From: Candidatus Omnitrophota bacterium
GTDB lineage: Bacteria > Omnitrophota > Gorgyraeia > JAFGHF01
Length of the DNA stretch: 64,000 bases
Assembly (NCBI GenBank): GCA_043805735.1
Contig: JAZDHS010000044.1
Span: 4,829 to 68,828, forward strand
Direction: 5' to 3'
The translations under genes and the position numbers were made by a program. Of this stretch, positions 38,521-48,826 are shown piece after piece. Every line of letters starts with the position of its first letter. Within the stretch, counting starts at the first letter, position 1. Below the pieces are notes generated by a model that made no database searches, had not been told where the DNA came from, and worked only from the letters and a program-made list of their open reading frames with translations.

Positions 38521-40338
38521 ATGAAGGACTTTTTTCGGCTAGTACGGTTTTTAAAGCCCCACACAGGGTTATTCATCCTGTCTGTGGTGTTTATGTTTAT
38601 TTCTGCCATTTTTGATGGGGTGCAGATTGCCCCAGCCATTCCGATTATTGACAATGTCTTTACCGGTAAAGGCATTGTGATTGACCGGCCCTTACCGGCG
38701 CCTTTGCGCGGGTTGATTGATACAATTAATGCCGCTGATCGGGTCGCGCTGTTAAAATATATCGTGCTCGGTTTCTTGGTTCTTTTTATCTTGAAAGGAA
38801 TAACCGAATTTTTACGTCAGTATATCATGACCGACGTCGGCCAGATGATTGTACGCGACGTGCGTAACGCCCTCTATGAAAAATACCAATCGCTTTCCCT
38901 GGACTATTACAGCAAGAGCAGGATCGGGGCGCTCTCCTCACGGATTACCTACGACGTAGGGGTGATCAATAATTCGGTCGCTCAAGGCCTGACCGACATC
39001 TTTTATCAGGGTTTCAAGGTGGTCATTCTTTTGACGATCGCCATTGCCGTAAACTGGAAATTATTTTTGCTCTCGATCGCCATTTTTCCCTTCATCACCA
39101 TCCCGGTAGTCAGAATCAGCCAGGTCCTGCGTACCTTAAGCAAGAAATCCCAGGAGAAAATGGCCGATGTGACCAGCGCTCTCTACGAAGGCATTTCCGG
39201 TATTCGCATTGTTAAAACCTTCCTGATGGAAAAATATGAGACCGACCGTTTTGCCAACGCCAATCAGGGTTTTTATAAATTTTCGATGAAGTCGGCCAAG
39301 CGGATTATCGCCATCGGACCGCTCAGCGAGCTGATTGGGGGACTGGCAGCGATGTTTGTGCTCTATATCGGAGGCAGCCAGGTTATCCACGGCGAGCTTT
39401 CGTTTGGGCTCTTCGCGGCCTTTATGGGCGCGATGTTCCAGTGTGTCCAGCCGATTAAGCGTTTAAGCAATATCAACGCTATTATGTTGCAGGCCGAGGC
39501 CGCGGCCACGCGGATCTTTGAGATCCTCGACACGCCGCAGGATGTCCAGGATGCGCCCGGCGCCATTGAGCTACCGGAGTTTAAGGATAAAATTTGTTTT
39601 GAACAGGTTTATTTTAAGTACCAAGGCGAAAAAGAGGATGTGCTCAAAGGCATTAACTTAGAGATTCCGCGGGGAACAGTGCTGGCGATTGTCGGCCCCA
39701 GCGGCGTAGGCAAGACCACCCTGGCCAACTTAATCGGCCGTTTTTACGATGTCAGCGGCGGACGCATTACTGTCGACGGACACGACATCCGCCAGGTGAG
39801 CATGCGCTCTTTACGCGGAAAAATCGGGATTGTAACCCAGGATATGTTTCTTTTTAACGATAGCGTGCGCGCCAACATCGCCTACGGAAATATTGGCGCC
39901 TCCCAGCCTGAGATTGTCCGCGCCGCTGAGGCGGCCGGGGCCGCCGAGTTTATTCAGGCCTTGCCTGGCGGGTATGATACGGTGATTGGCGATCGCGGGT
40001 TTCGCCTCTCCGGCGGAGAAAAACAGCGTTTGGCCATTGCCCGGGCGCTGTTAAAGAACCCACCGCTATTAATTCTGGATGAAGCTACGTCGCAGCTGGA
40101 TTCCCAATCGGAAATTTTAGTCCAGAACGCCCTCGATGAGTTAATGCGCGGGCGAACAGTCTGCGTAATTGCCCACCGGCTTTCCACGGTTAGAAATGCC
40201 ACTAAAATTGTGGTCTTGGATCAAGGCCGCATTGCGCAATGCGGCACCCATCAAGAGCTTATAGAAAAGGGCGGACTCTACAAAGAGCTTTATCAGCTGC
40301 AATTTAGAGACATCTTAAGCTCTGTAAAAAACACTTGA
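38521..40338 (+). CDS. msbA: lipid A flippase-type ABC transporter (TMD + NBD)
   Basis: TM domain, GPSGVGKT, LSGGEKQR, ILDEATS, IAHRLST; lpx context. Confidence 0.85.
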   Translation: MKDFFRLVRFLKPHTGLFILSVVFMFISAIFDGVQIAPAIPIIDNVFTGKGIVIDRPLPAPLRGLIDTINAADRVALLKYIVLGFLVLFILKGITEFLRQYIMTDVGQMIVRDVRNALYEKYQSLSLDYYSKSRIGALSSRITYDVGVINNSVAQGLTDIFYQGFKVVILLTIAIAVNWKLFLLSIAIFPFITIPVVRISQVLRTLSKKSQEKMADVTSALYEGISGIRIVKTFLMEKYETDRFANANQGFYKFSMKSAKRIIAIGPLSELIGGLAAMFVLYIGGSQVIHGELSFGLFAAFMGAMFQCVQPIKRLSNINAIMLQAEAAATRIFEILDTPQDVQDAPGAIELPEFKDKICFEQVYFKYQGEKEDVLKGINLEIPRGTVLAIVGPSGVGKTTLANLIGRFYDVSGGRITVDGHDIRQVSMRSLRGKIGIVTQDMFLFNDSVRANIAYGNIGASQPEIVRAAEAAGAAEFIQALPGGYDTVIGDRGFRLSGGEKQRLAIARALLKNPPLLILDEATSQLDSQSEILVQNALDELMRGRTVCVIAHRLSTVRNATKIVVLDQGRIAQCGTHQELIEKGGLYKELYQLQFRDILSSVKNT

Positions 40339-40362
40339 AATATACACAATTTGTGTTATATT
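40335..40362 (+). promoter_or_regulatory. promoter for rpsB-tsf-pyrH-frr
   Basis: TTGAAA-16nt-TATATT with extended TG. Confidence 0.5.
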
Positions 40363-40373
40363 AATAAGTTTAG

Positions 40374-40422
40374 TAACCCTAAAGGGTAGCCCTTCGCAAT
40401 TCCATATTAGCGAAGGGGCTAA
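40374..40422 (+). repeat. REP-like hairpin element copy in the rpsB leader
   Basis: TAACCCTAAAGGG-TAGC-CCTTCGC-AATTCCATATTA-GCGAAGG-GGCTAA. Confidence 0.85.
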
Positions 40423-40456
40423 TCAACCAGCTAACTTATCAGGAAGGAGCACTAAC

Positions 40457-41305
40457 TTGGCAGTAGATACCTTAATTAAACAACTTTTGGAGGCCGGTGT
40501 GCATTTTGGCCACCAGACCAAGCGCTGGAACCCGAAGATGAAGAAGTTTATTTTCGGGGAAAGAAGTGGGATTTATATCATTGACCTGCAGCAGACCGCC
40601 CAACGGCTTAAAGCCGCCTGCGACTTTCTCAAAGAAGTGGTCGGTAACGGCGAAGCGGTGCTGTTTGTCGGGACCAAGAAACAGGCCCAAGACGTGATTA
40701 CTCAGGAGGCGTTGCGTTGTGGTATGCATTACGTCAACGAACGCTGGCTGGGAGGCACGCTGACTAATTTCGCCACTATTCGCCGCAGCGTTGACCGTTT
40801 GAAGGAATTAGAAATACTGATTGCCCCGGATAACGCCACCACCTTGACCAAAAAAGAGAAGGCCACGATTGAGAAGGAGGTTGGGCGTTTAAGGAAACGC
40901 CTGGCCGGAATTATGCAGATGGATTCGCTTCCCTCGGCCCTGGTAATTGTCGACCCGCACAAAGAAGAGAATGCGGTCAAAGAGGCTAACCGCCTTTCCA
41001 TTCCGGTAGTGGCCCTTTTGGATACTAACTGCGATCCCGGCCCGGTTGATTTTCCGATTCCCGGCAACGACGACGCCTTAAAATCGATTAAACTGGTCAT
41101 TTCCATGCTTGCCGAAAGCGTGCTGGAGGTCCAGCAGCAATTTGCCGAGAGGAAAGAGAAGAAAAGGAAAGAGCAGGAAAAAGAGCGGGAAAAAGAGGTG
41201 CTCTTGGCGCAGGAAGAAGAGATTATCGAAGATATTGAAAAGAAAACCAAGGCCAAAGTTCGGGAAGACCAGCCGATACGCAAAAAAACAAAATCCGAGG
41301 TATAG
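40457..41305 (+). CDS. rpsB: 30S ribosomal protein uS2 (TTG start)
   Basis: LLEAGVHFGHQT.RWNPKM, RWLGGTLTN, DTNCDP, PGNDD. Confidence 0.97.
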   Translation: MAVDTLIKQLLEAGVHFGHQTKRWNPKMKKFIFGERSGIYIIDLQQTAQRLKAACDFLKEVVGNGEAVLFVGTKKQAQDVITQEALRCGMHYVNERWLGGTLTNFATIRRSVDRLKELEILIAPDNATTLTKKEKATIEKEVGRLRKRLAGIMQMDSLPSALVIVDPHKEENAVKEANRLSIPVVALLDTNCDPGPVDFPIPGNDDALKSIKLVISMLAESVLEVQQQFAERKEKKRKEQEKEREKEVLLAQEEEIIEDIEKKTKAKVREDQPIRKKTKSEV

Positions 41306-41311
41306 CCCAAA

Positions 41312-42603
<1,292 letters not shown>

Positions 42604-42632
42604 AATTTCGGATCTAATCCCGGAGGGCGATT

Positions 42633-43193
42633 ATGCCACTAAAAAATGTAATTCACGAGACCGACGAAAAGATGAAAAAAACCGTGCTTTCGGTAAAAAG
42701 AGAATTCTCCGAAATTCGCTCCGGCCGGGCCTCGCCGGCCTTAGTCGAGGGAATTTTAGTCGATTATTACGGCGCGAAAACTCCGGTAAAACATTTGGCG
42801 ACCATCTCTACCCCGGACGCGCGGATGATTATGATTCATCCCTGGGATGCCGCGGTGCTGGTTGAAATCGAAAAGTCGGTTCTCCAGTCCAATCTTGGAA
42901 TTACCCCCACCAACGACGGGAAAGTGATCCGCATCAGCATCCCGCATCTTACTGATGAACGGCGCGTCGAATTAGACAAGATTGTTAAGCACGTTGCCGA
43001 AAACGGCAGGGTTTCTTTGCGCACTGCCCGGCGTGATTCCAACGAGTCGATCAAGCAGATCGAAAAAGGCAAAGAGATCAACGAGGACGACCGGTTTAAG
43101 GCCCAGGAAGAAGTGCAAAAACTCACCGATAAGTACATCGCCCAGATTGACCAGGCCCTGGCGGAAAAAGAGAAGGAAATCCGCGAAGGCTGA
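42633..43193 (+). CDS. frr: ribosome recycling factor
   Basis: IRSGRASP, VDYYG, LTDERR, KEKEI. Confidence 0.96.
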   Translation: MPLKNVIHETDEKMKKTVLSVKREFSEIRSGRASPALVEGILVDYYGAKTPVKHLATISTPDARMIMIHPWDAAVLVEIEKSVLQSNLGITPTNDGKVIRISIPHLTDERRVELDKIVKHVAENGRVSLRTARRDSNESIKQIEKGKEINEDDRFKAQEEVQKLTDKYIAQIDQALAEKEKEIREG

Positions 43194-43205
43194 TAGATAT
43201 AAGTT

Positions 43206-43281
43206 GGGCCGCTAGCTCAGTTGGTAGAGCACCGCCCTTTTAAGGCGGGTGTCGAAGGTTCGAACCCTTCGCGGCTCACCA
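43206..43281 (+). tRNA. tRNA-Lys(UUU)
   Basis: GGGCCGC/GCGGCTC acceptor stem, TAGCTCAGTTGGTAGAGC, loop CTTTTAA, GGTTCGAACCC, CCA. Confidence 0.96.
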
Positions 43282-43308
43282 AATTATTTGCCCACGTAAA
43301 GAATAATA

Positions 43309-43345
43309 AGCCCTAGTTGCTGAATTACAACTAGGGCTATTTTTA
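43309..43345 (+). terminator. intrinsic terminator after tRNA-Lys
   Basis: AGCCCTAGTTG/CAACTAGGGCT stem followed by ATTTTTA. Confidence 0.75.
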
Positions 43346-43386
43346 TGTTGTTTCGCCTGATTACCCAAATATTTTAAAAAAAAGGC

Positions 43387-43415
43387 TTGACAAATGCATG
43401 TTCTTAGTGTATACT
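43387..43415 (+). promoter_or_regulatory. near-consensus sigma70 promoter of the rrf2-cys operon
   Basis: TTGACA-17nt-TATACT. Confidence 0.75.
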
Positions 43416-43454
43416 CCATTATGTCAATAGAGATTATCGAGATTAGGGTGGAGC

Positions 43455-43895
43455 ATGAAACTGACATATAAAGGCGATTATTCATTAAAAGCGATTCTCT
43501 ATTTGGCCCTGAACTATGGCCGAGACACGATTACCATTCATGAGATAGCCGAACATATCGACGCCCCAGTCAAATTTTTAGAACAGGTATTATTAGATTT
43601 GAAGAAAGGCGGGTTTGTCGAGAGCCGCAGAGGAAAAGTCGGGGGTTATTTACTGTCCAAAGCCCCTAGGGAGATAAAGATGGGAGACGTAGTGAGATTT
43701 GTTGACGGCCCCATAGAACCTATTTCGTGTGTAAAAGAGGGATACTCCGATTGCAGTGATAGGTATCGGTGTGTATTTAGGAAGATTTGGCAAGATGTCT
43801 CAGAAGCAACTTCAAATATATTAGATAATATTACCTTTGAAAAATTGGCCTCCGAAGTCAACTCTAAACAACAGGCCTTGATCTATTCGATTTAG
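43455..43895 (+). CDS. Rrf2 family regulator (IscR/CymR-like, three-Cys form)
   Basis: KGDYSLKA, FLEQVL..LKK.G.VESRRG..GGY.L, C..C..C in SCVKEGYSDCSDRYRC. Confidence 0.92.
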   Translation: MKLTYKGDYSLKAILYLALNYGRDTITIHEIAEHIDAPVKFLEQVLLDLKKGGFVESRRGKVGGYLLSKAPREIKMGDVVRFVDGPIEPISCVKEGYSDCSDRYRCVFRKIWQDVSEATSNILDNITFEKLASEVNSKQQALIYSI

Positions 43896-43908
43896 GAGAA
43901 TAGAGAAA

Positions 43909-43974
43909 ATGACGCCTTATCTTTACGGAATGATGATGTGTAGCCTTCTTGGCAAAGGGGGGCCGCCTATGTAG
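43909..43974 (+). CDS. putative 21-aa attenuator leader peptide MTPYLYGMMMCSLLGKGGPPM; not in ORF track
   Basis: AGGAG SD at 43894-43898; ATG ATG ATG TGT run at 43930-43941; overlaps predicted antiterminator. Confidence 0.7.
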   Translation: MTPYLYGMMMCSLLGKGGPPM

Positions 43975-44002
43975 ATATTTATGCTATATATAGGTAAACG
44001 GA

Positions 44003-44038
44003 CCCACTGCCAAAAAGTAAGCAGTGGGATTTTATTTT
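44003..44038 (+). terminator. intrinsic terminator (attenuator) upstream of cysH
   Basis: CCCACTGC-10nt-GCAGTGGG followed by ATTTTATTTT. Confidence 0.8.
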
Positions 44039-44063
44039 ACAAACCAGAATAGGAGGAAAAAAG

Positions 44064-44771
44064 ATGAGTATTTTGGATACAAAAGAAGACCTGAAGATTT
44101 TAGTCGAAACATTAAACTTTAAGGAGAAGGTCGAAAGGTCAAAGGAACTGATCAGGGAGGCCTATAAGCAATACGGCGATGCCCTGGTCGTGGCCAACAG
44201 CCTGGGCAAGGATTCCCTGGCGGTCTGGGACCTGGCGAAACGGGTGAATCCTAAAATAAGGGGTTTTATCGTTACCACGCGCTTTAAGCCTGCGGAAACG
44301 GTGCAATTCATGCATAGCCTGGTTAGGGAATATCCGGAGTTAAAAGTGTATAAAAGTGACGCTGAAATCCCAGAGCGGCTCTATGCGACCGATCCCGACC
44401 GCTGTTGCGACATTCTTAAAGTTGAACCGGTTAAGAGGGCCATAGAAGAGATGCACGTTCAATGCTGGGTGACGGGATTACGCTGCACCGAAGGCCGCAC
44501 GCGCACCGATTTCAAAGAAATAGAGGAGAGGGATAAGGGGCTGCTCAAACTCAATCCCATACTCATCTGGAAGGAAAGAGAAGTCTGGCAGTATCTGGCG
44601 CTCTACCGCGTGCCGGTAAATCCGTTATATGGCGAGGGCTATCGGTCACTCGGATGCGCGCCGTGTACGAAGATCACGGGCGAGGACAATGAACGCGCCG
44701 GCAGATGGATAGGCACAAGCAAATGCGGCGGGGAATGCGGTATTCATACACGGCCATTAAAAAAGCATTAA
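44064..44771 (+). CDS. cysH: APS/PAPS reductase, [4Fe-4S] APS-reductase type
   Basis: SLGKDS, DRCCDILKV, WVTGLR, GYRSLGCAPCT, ERAGRW, ECGIH. Confidence 0.9.
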   Translation: MSILDTKEDLKILVETLNFKEKVERSKELIREAYKQYGDALVVANSLGKDSLAVWDLAKRVNPKIRGFIVTTRFKPAETVQFMHSLVREYPELKVYKSDAEIPERLYATDPDRCCDILKVEPVKRAIEEMHVQCWVTGLRCTEGRTRTDFKEIEERDKGLLKLNPILIWKEREVWQYLALYRVPVNPLYGEGYRSLGCAPCTKITGEDNERAGRWIGTSKCGGECGIHTRPLKKH

Positions 44772-44798
44772 TTGTATGAAGATTTAGTGGGGTAAAAT

Positions 44799-45773
44799 TT
44801 GTTTAACACTTTGATTTTAATCCTGTTGGTAGTATTTTTTGCAATGAACATGGGCGCAAGCGGCATTGCCCCTTCTTTTGCCGCAGCTTTTGGCGGGCGT
44901 ATTGTAAGGAAAAGAAACGCTTTGTTATTATTCAGCGTTTTTGTGATTTTAGGCGCAGTGCTCTTGGGCCGTAATGTCAGTTTGACGTTAGGTAGAAATC
45001 TACTGCCCAAGGAGATCATGAATCCGGATACAGCGCTCCTTATCATCGCCTCCGCGTCTTTGAGTCTTTTTTTGGCAAATATACTAAAGATACCGCAGTC
45101 TACGAGTCAGGTTACTGTAGGGGCCATAACAGGAGTTGGGATCTACTTCGGGCAGCTTAATTTAGGGACGCTATTGATAAAGATAATTCCGCTGTGGATT
45201 ATCCTGCCGCTTTTGTCGTATTTGTTTACCTTTTGGTTATATAGGAAGATTTATCCGCCGCGGCATGACAAACTACACATTTATGAAAAGATATTCCGTT
45301 ATGAAAAAAGGTTAAAGGTGGCTGCTACTTTGGCAAGCTGCTATGTTGCTTTTGCTATAGGCTCTAATAACGTGGCCAATGCTGTCGGGCCGTTATTCGG
45401 TGCAGGATTGATCGGTGTTCTGCCGGGATTAATCGTTATTTCTCCTGTTTTTGGATTAGGCGCATATTTTTTGGGGAAAGGCCCGCTCGAGACAGCCGGC
45501 AAAGAAATAGTTCCTTTGGGCGTATTTTCCAGCGTAATAGTCTCATTTGTAACGGCAACATTGCTATTATTTGCCTCTTTCCTGGGAATACCGCAATCTT
45601 TGGTACAGCTTAATATATGTTCGATATTTGCGATCAGCTCTTTAAAAAACGGCCATCGGCCCACCCTTGATTTACAGATAACCAGAAAAACTTTCATCAT
45701 CTGGGCGGTTTCACCCGTACTTTCCTTGCTTATATCGTATCTTGCGCTGTTTATAAAGAACAAATTGTTTTGA
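44799..45773 (+). CDS. cysP: Pit-family anion permease, CysP-like sulfate permease
   Basis: NMGASGIAPSFA, IPQSTSQ, GSNNVAN, GIPQSLVQ; cys context. Confidence 0.75.
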   Translation: MFNTLILILLVVFFAMNMGASGIAPSFAAAFGGRIVRKRNALLLFSVFVILGAVLLGRNVSLTLGRNLLPKEIMNPDTALLIIASASLSLFLANILKIPQSTSQVTVGAITGVGIYFGQLNLGTLLIKIIPLWIILPLLSYLFTFWLYRKIYPPRHDKLHIYEKIFRYEKRLKVAATLASCYVAFAIGSNNVANAVGPLFGAGLIGVLPGLIVISPVFGLGAYFLGKGPLETAGKEIVPLGVFSSVIVSFVTATLLLFASFLGIPQSLVQLNICSIFAISSLKNGHRPTLDLQITRKTFIIWAVSPVLSLLISYLALFIKNKLF

Positions 45774-45793
45774 ATAATATAAATGGAGCGGCC

Positions 45794-46729
45794 ATGTCTT
45801 TTCGAAATCAAATAGTTGATGATGTAACTGAGCTAATCGGAGATACACCTTTGATCAGGCTTAATCGGCTGGCCAGGCCTGACATTGCTGAAATCCTGGC
45901 CAAGGCGGAGTACTTCAATCCGGGCGGCAGCGTAAAAGACAGGATCGCCCTGGCCATGATCGAGGATGCCGAACGCCGCGGTATCCTTAAGGCCGGTTCG
46001 ACGGTTATCGAGCCTACAAGCGGTAATACCGGAATAGGCTTAGCCATGGTTTGCGCTGTCCGAGGGTATAAATGCATCATCACTATGCCCGAGACGATGA
46101 GCCTGGAGAGGATATATATATTGAAGGCGTACCACGCGGAGATCGTCCTGACGCCGGGCAGTAAAGGAATGAAAGGGGCAATAGAGAAAGCAGAAGAGAT
46201 TCATAAAAAAACCCCGCATTCCTTTATGCCTCAGCAGTTTAATAATGCGGCAAATCCGGAGGTGCATCGAAGAACCACTGCCAGGGAAATTCTCGCCCAG
46301 ACTGGCGGGAAACTCGATGCCTTTGTCGCCGGCGTCGGCACCGGGGGGACGCTGACCGGCGTAGGCGAAGTCCTCAAGAGCCACAATCCGGATATTAAAA
46401 TTATTGCTGTAGAGCCGTCATCGAGCGCCGTTTTATCGGGTAAGCCGCACCATCCTCATAAAATTCAGGGCATCGGCGCCGGTTTTATCCCGGATATCTT
46501 GAATAAAACAATCATTGATGAAATTATTACCGTTAGTGACCATGAAGCTTATGCTATGGCAAAAATACTGACCAAAAAAGAGGGCATCTTCGGTGGCCCA
46601 TCTTCCGGTGCAGCACTTTTTGCGGCGCTTAAGGTAGCCGAAAGGTTAGGTAAAGGCAAAAGAGTGGTGACTGTTTTTCCAGACACCGGCGAAAGATATT
46701 TTTCGATGACGCAATATTTTGAGTTTTAA
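45794..46729 (+). CDS. cysK: cysteine synthase A
   Basis: IGDTPL, NPGGSVKDR, EPTSGNTG, GVGTGGT, HKIQGIG, PDTGERY. Confidence 0.95.
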   Translation: MSFRNQIVDDVTELIGDTPLIRLNRLARPDIAEILAKAEYFNPGGSVKDRIALAMIEDAERRGILKAGSTVIEPTSGNTGIGLAMVCAVRGYKCIITMPETMSLERIYILKAYHAEIVLTPGSKGMKGAIEKAEEIHKKTPHSFMPQQFNNAANPEVHRRTTAREILAQTGGKLDAFVAGVGTGGTLTGVGEVLKSHNPDIKIIAVEPSSSAVLSGKPHHPHKIQGIGAGFIPDILNKTIIDEIITVSDHEAYAMAKILTKKEGIFGGPSSGAALFAALKVAERLGKGKRVVTVFPDTGERYFSMTQYFEF

Positions 46730-46754
46730 AGAACAGCTTTAAAAGGGCAGGATT

Positions 46755-47234
46755 ATGAGCGGACCTTATTATCCGATAGCAGTAAAAGTGAAGGATGAGC
46801 CTGTTTTGATCGCCGGCGGAGGCAAAGTTTCCGAGCGCAAGGCAAAGACACTTCTGGCGTTGGGGGCTAAGGTCAAGATCGTCTCTCCGGAGATAACGGC
46901 GGGGCTTAAACGGTTTGTTTCCCGGCGTAGAGTGAAGTGGATCAGAAGGAAGATCAGGCTATCGGATTTAGCTTATGCGAAAGTCATAATTGCCGCCACT
47001 TCCGATCCGTCCGTCAATAGAAAGATAAGCTGGTGGGCGCAGCGACGCGGGATATTGGTCAATGTGGTGGACGATGCCAAGTTAAGCACTTTTATTTCAC
47101 CGGCGATTTTTGCGGCTGCAAAGGCCCTCATCGCCGTATATACGCAAGGGCAAGACCCGGTATTGAGCCGGGACCTGAAGAATTTTATCGAGGATAATTG
47201 GGATGTATTTTTATCTTATCGGAATAGATTATAA
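46755..47234 (+). CDS. precorrin-2 dehydrogenase/ferrochelatase (SirC/CysG N-terminal type), short
   Basis: YYPI, AGGGKVSERK, IAATSD..VN, VNVVDD..STFISPA. Confidence 0.82.
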   Translation: MSGPYYPIAVKVKDEPVLIAGGGKVSERKAKTLLALGAKVKIVSPEITAGLKRFVSRRRVKWIRRKIRLSDLAYAKVIIAATSDPSVNRKISWWAQRRGILVNVVDDAKLSTFISPAIFAAAKALIAVYTQGQDPVLSRDLKNFIEDNWDVFLSYRNRL

Positions 47235-48186
47235 AACGGCGCCGATTGAGGTACGCGATATCATTTACCGCGATCGCCAGGCCATAACGACAGTTTGGGA
47301 AAATGACCCTGCCCGGCAAGCGTCGGTGATTATCACATGTAACCGCATCGAACTTTACGGCCTGGCAGAGGATACGGCCGAAGCGGCGCAGAAAATTAAG
47401 GGATTTTTTAAAAGGTACCCCGATTTTTCAAGATTTGGTTATGTCAGGTACGGCCAAGCAGCGGTCTTACGCCATGCCCTGAGGGTCGCCTGCGGCCTGG
47501 AGTCGCAGTTGAAAGGAGAACTACAGATTTTGGCGCAGGTGAAAACCTGGAGCGGCCGGCGAATATTTCATCCGGAACTAAGACGATTATGGGAAGAGGC
47601 GATCGCGGTAGCGCAAGAGATACGTTATCAAACAGGGCTGAACGAGGCCTCAACAAATATAGCTACAATAGCATTTCATGATTTAAAAAAGCGCCTCAAT
47701 ATTCAAAAAAGCGCAGATATCGTCGTAATCGGCACGGGAAAGATCGCCGAACTTGCAGCGCAATACCGGCCGGATTTTTTTGAGCTCAATTTTATCGCGC
47801 ATAAAAATTATGAGAAGGCAAAAACATTGGCAAAAGTATCCGGCGGTAGAGCAGCTCTCTTTATCGGCCTGCCGCAGCTATTATCCGCAGCGGATGCCGT
47901 AATAAGCGCTACGTCCAGCCCGCACTACATTTTAAAGAAAGAACATTTTCCCGCCGTTTTAAAACGGCGCAGAAACCCGTTATATCTTTATGATTTAGCG
48001 CTGCCCAGAGACATTGAACCTGCGCTCAGAGATATGGAGGGCCTTGTCTTACTGAATCTCGACGATTTTAATGAGGCATTTAATGAGCATAACCTAAAAA
48101 ATCAGCAGAAGATTGCCCTAGCTTCGTATTTGGTGGAGGAGAGGTTGAAAAATTGCACGGAGTGTGCAGATGTCAAAGGTTATTAG
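47203..48186 (+). CDS. hemA: glutamyl-tRNA reductase, C-terminally short
   Basis: GIDYKTAP, TCNRIELY, GELQILAQVK, IGTGKI, DLALPRDIE. Confidence 0.88.
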   Translation: MYFYLIGIDYKTAPIEVRDIIYRDRQAITTVWENDPARQASVIITCNRIELYGLAEDTAEAAQKIKGFFKRYPDFSRFGYVRYGQAAVLRHALRVACGLESQLKGELQILAQVKTWSGRRIFHPELRRLWEEAIAVAQEIRYQTGLNEASTNIATIAFHDLKKRLNIQKSADIVVIGTGKIAELAAQYRPDFFELNFIAHKNYEKAKTLAKVSGGRAALFIGLPQLLSAADAVISATSSPHYILKKEHFPAVLKRRRNPLYLYDLALPRDIEPALRDMEGLVLLNLDDFNEAFNEHNLKNQQKIALASYLVEERLKNCTECADVKGY

Positions 48187-48826
48187 AATAGGAACGCGGC
48201 CTAGCCCGTTAGCCGCAAAACAGGCAGAAGAGATTGCCAGGCGCATACCGCAGTTTCGCGTAAAGATAGTCTTTATCGAGACCAAAGGCGACCAAGATAA
48301 GACGACGCCGCTTTTCGGCCGCGAGAATAGTGATTTTTTTACGGCCGAGATCGAAGCGGCCCTCTTGAGTGGCAAGATCGATGCCGCTGTCCACAGCGCC
48401 AAAGACCTGGAAAGCGATATGCCGCAAGGGTTGATTATAGCGGCGCTGACGCGCTCACTTAGCCCTTTTGAATGCCTAGTTTCCCGCGGCAATTTATCTT
48501 TAGAGGAATTGCCGCGGGCGAGCCGCTTAGGCACAAGCAGCCTGAAGCGCAAAGAAGCCATCCTACGCTTCAGAAACGATCTTGCCGTAGAAGGGATCAG
48601 GGGCAATATTGAACAGAGGCTGGCACAGCTGGATAGCGGCAGATACGATGCCGTTATAATTGCCCACGCGGCGCTGATCAGGCTGGGGTATGAACAGAGG
48701 ATCGCTCAAATTATTCCGCGGAAAATTATCGAACCGCACCCCTTACAGGGCAGGCTGGCTGTGCAGATTCGCCGCGATAGATACGATTTACTTGATATTT
48801 TCAGGAGCCTCGATGAAAAAGAATAA
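48170..48826 (+). CDS. hemC: hydroxymethylbilane synthase lacking C-terminal domain 3
   Basis: IGTRPSPLA, TKGD, FTAEIE, AVHSAKD, GTSSLKR, IRGNIEQRL. Confidence 0.85.
   Translation: MSKVIRIGTRPSPLAAKQAEEIARRIPQFRVKIVFIETKGDQDKTTPLFGRENSDFFTAEIEAALLSGKIDAAVHSAKDLESDMPQGLIIAALTRSLSPFECLVSRGNLSLEELPRASRLGTSSLKRKEAILRFRNDLAVEGIRGNIEQRLAQLDSGRYDAVIIAHAALIRLGYEQRIAQIIPRKIIEPHPLQGRLAVQIRRDRYDLLDIFRSLDEKE

Noticed and set aside
42611-42629. GATCTAATCCCGGAGGGCG before frr as a sixth copy of the hairpin family
   Set aside because: Resembles only the short CCC..GGG part, lacks the main stem-loop, and doubles as the frr SD.
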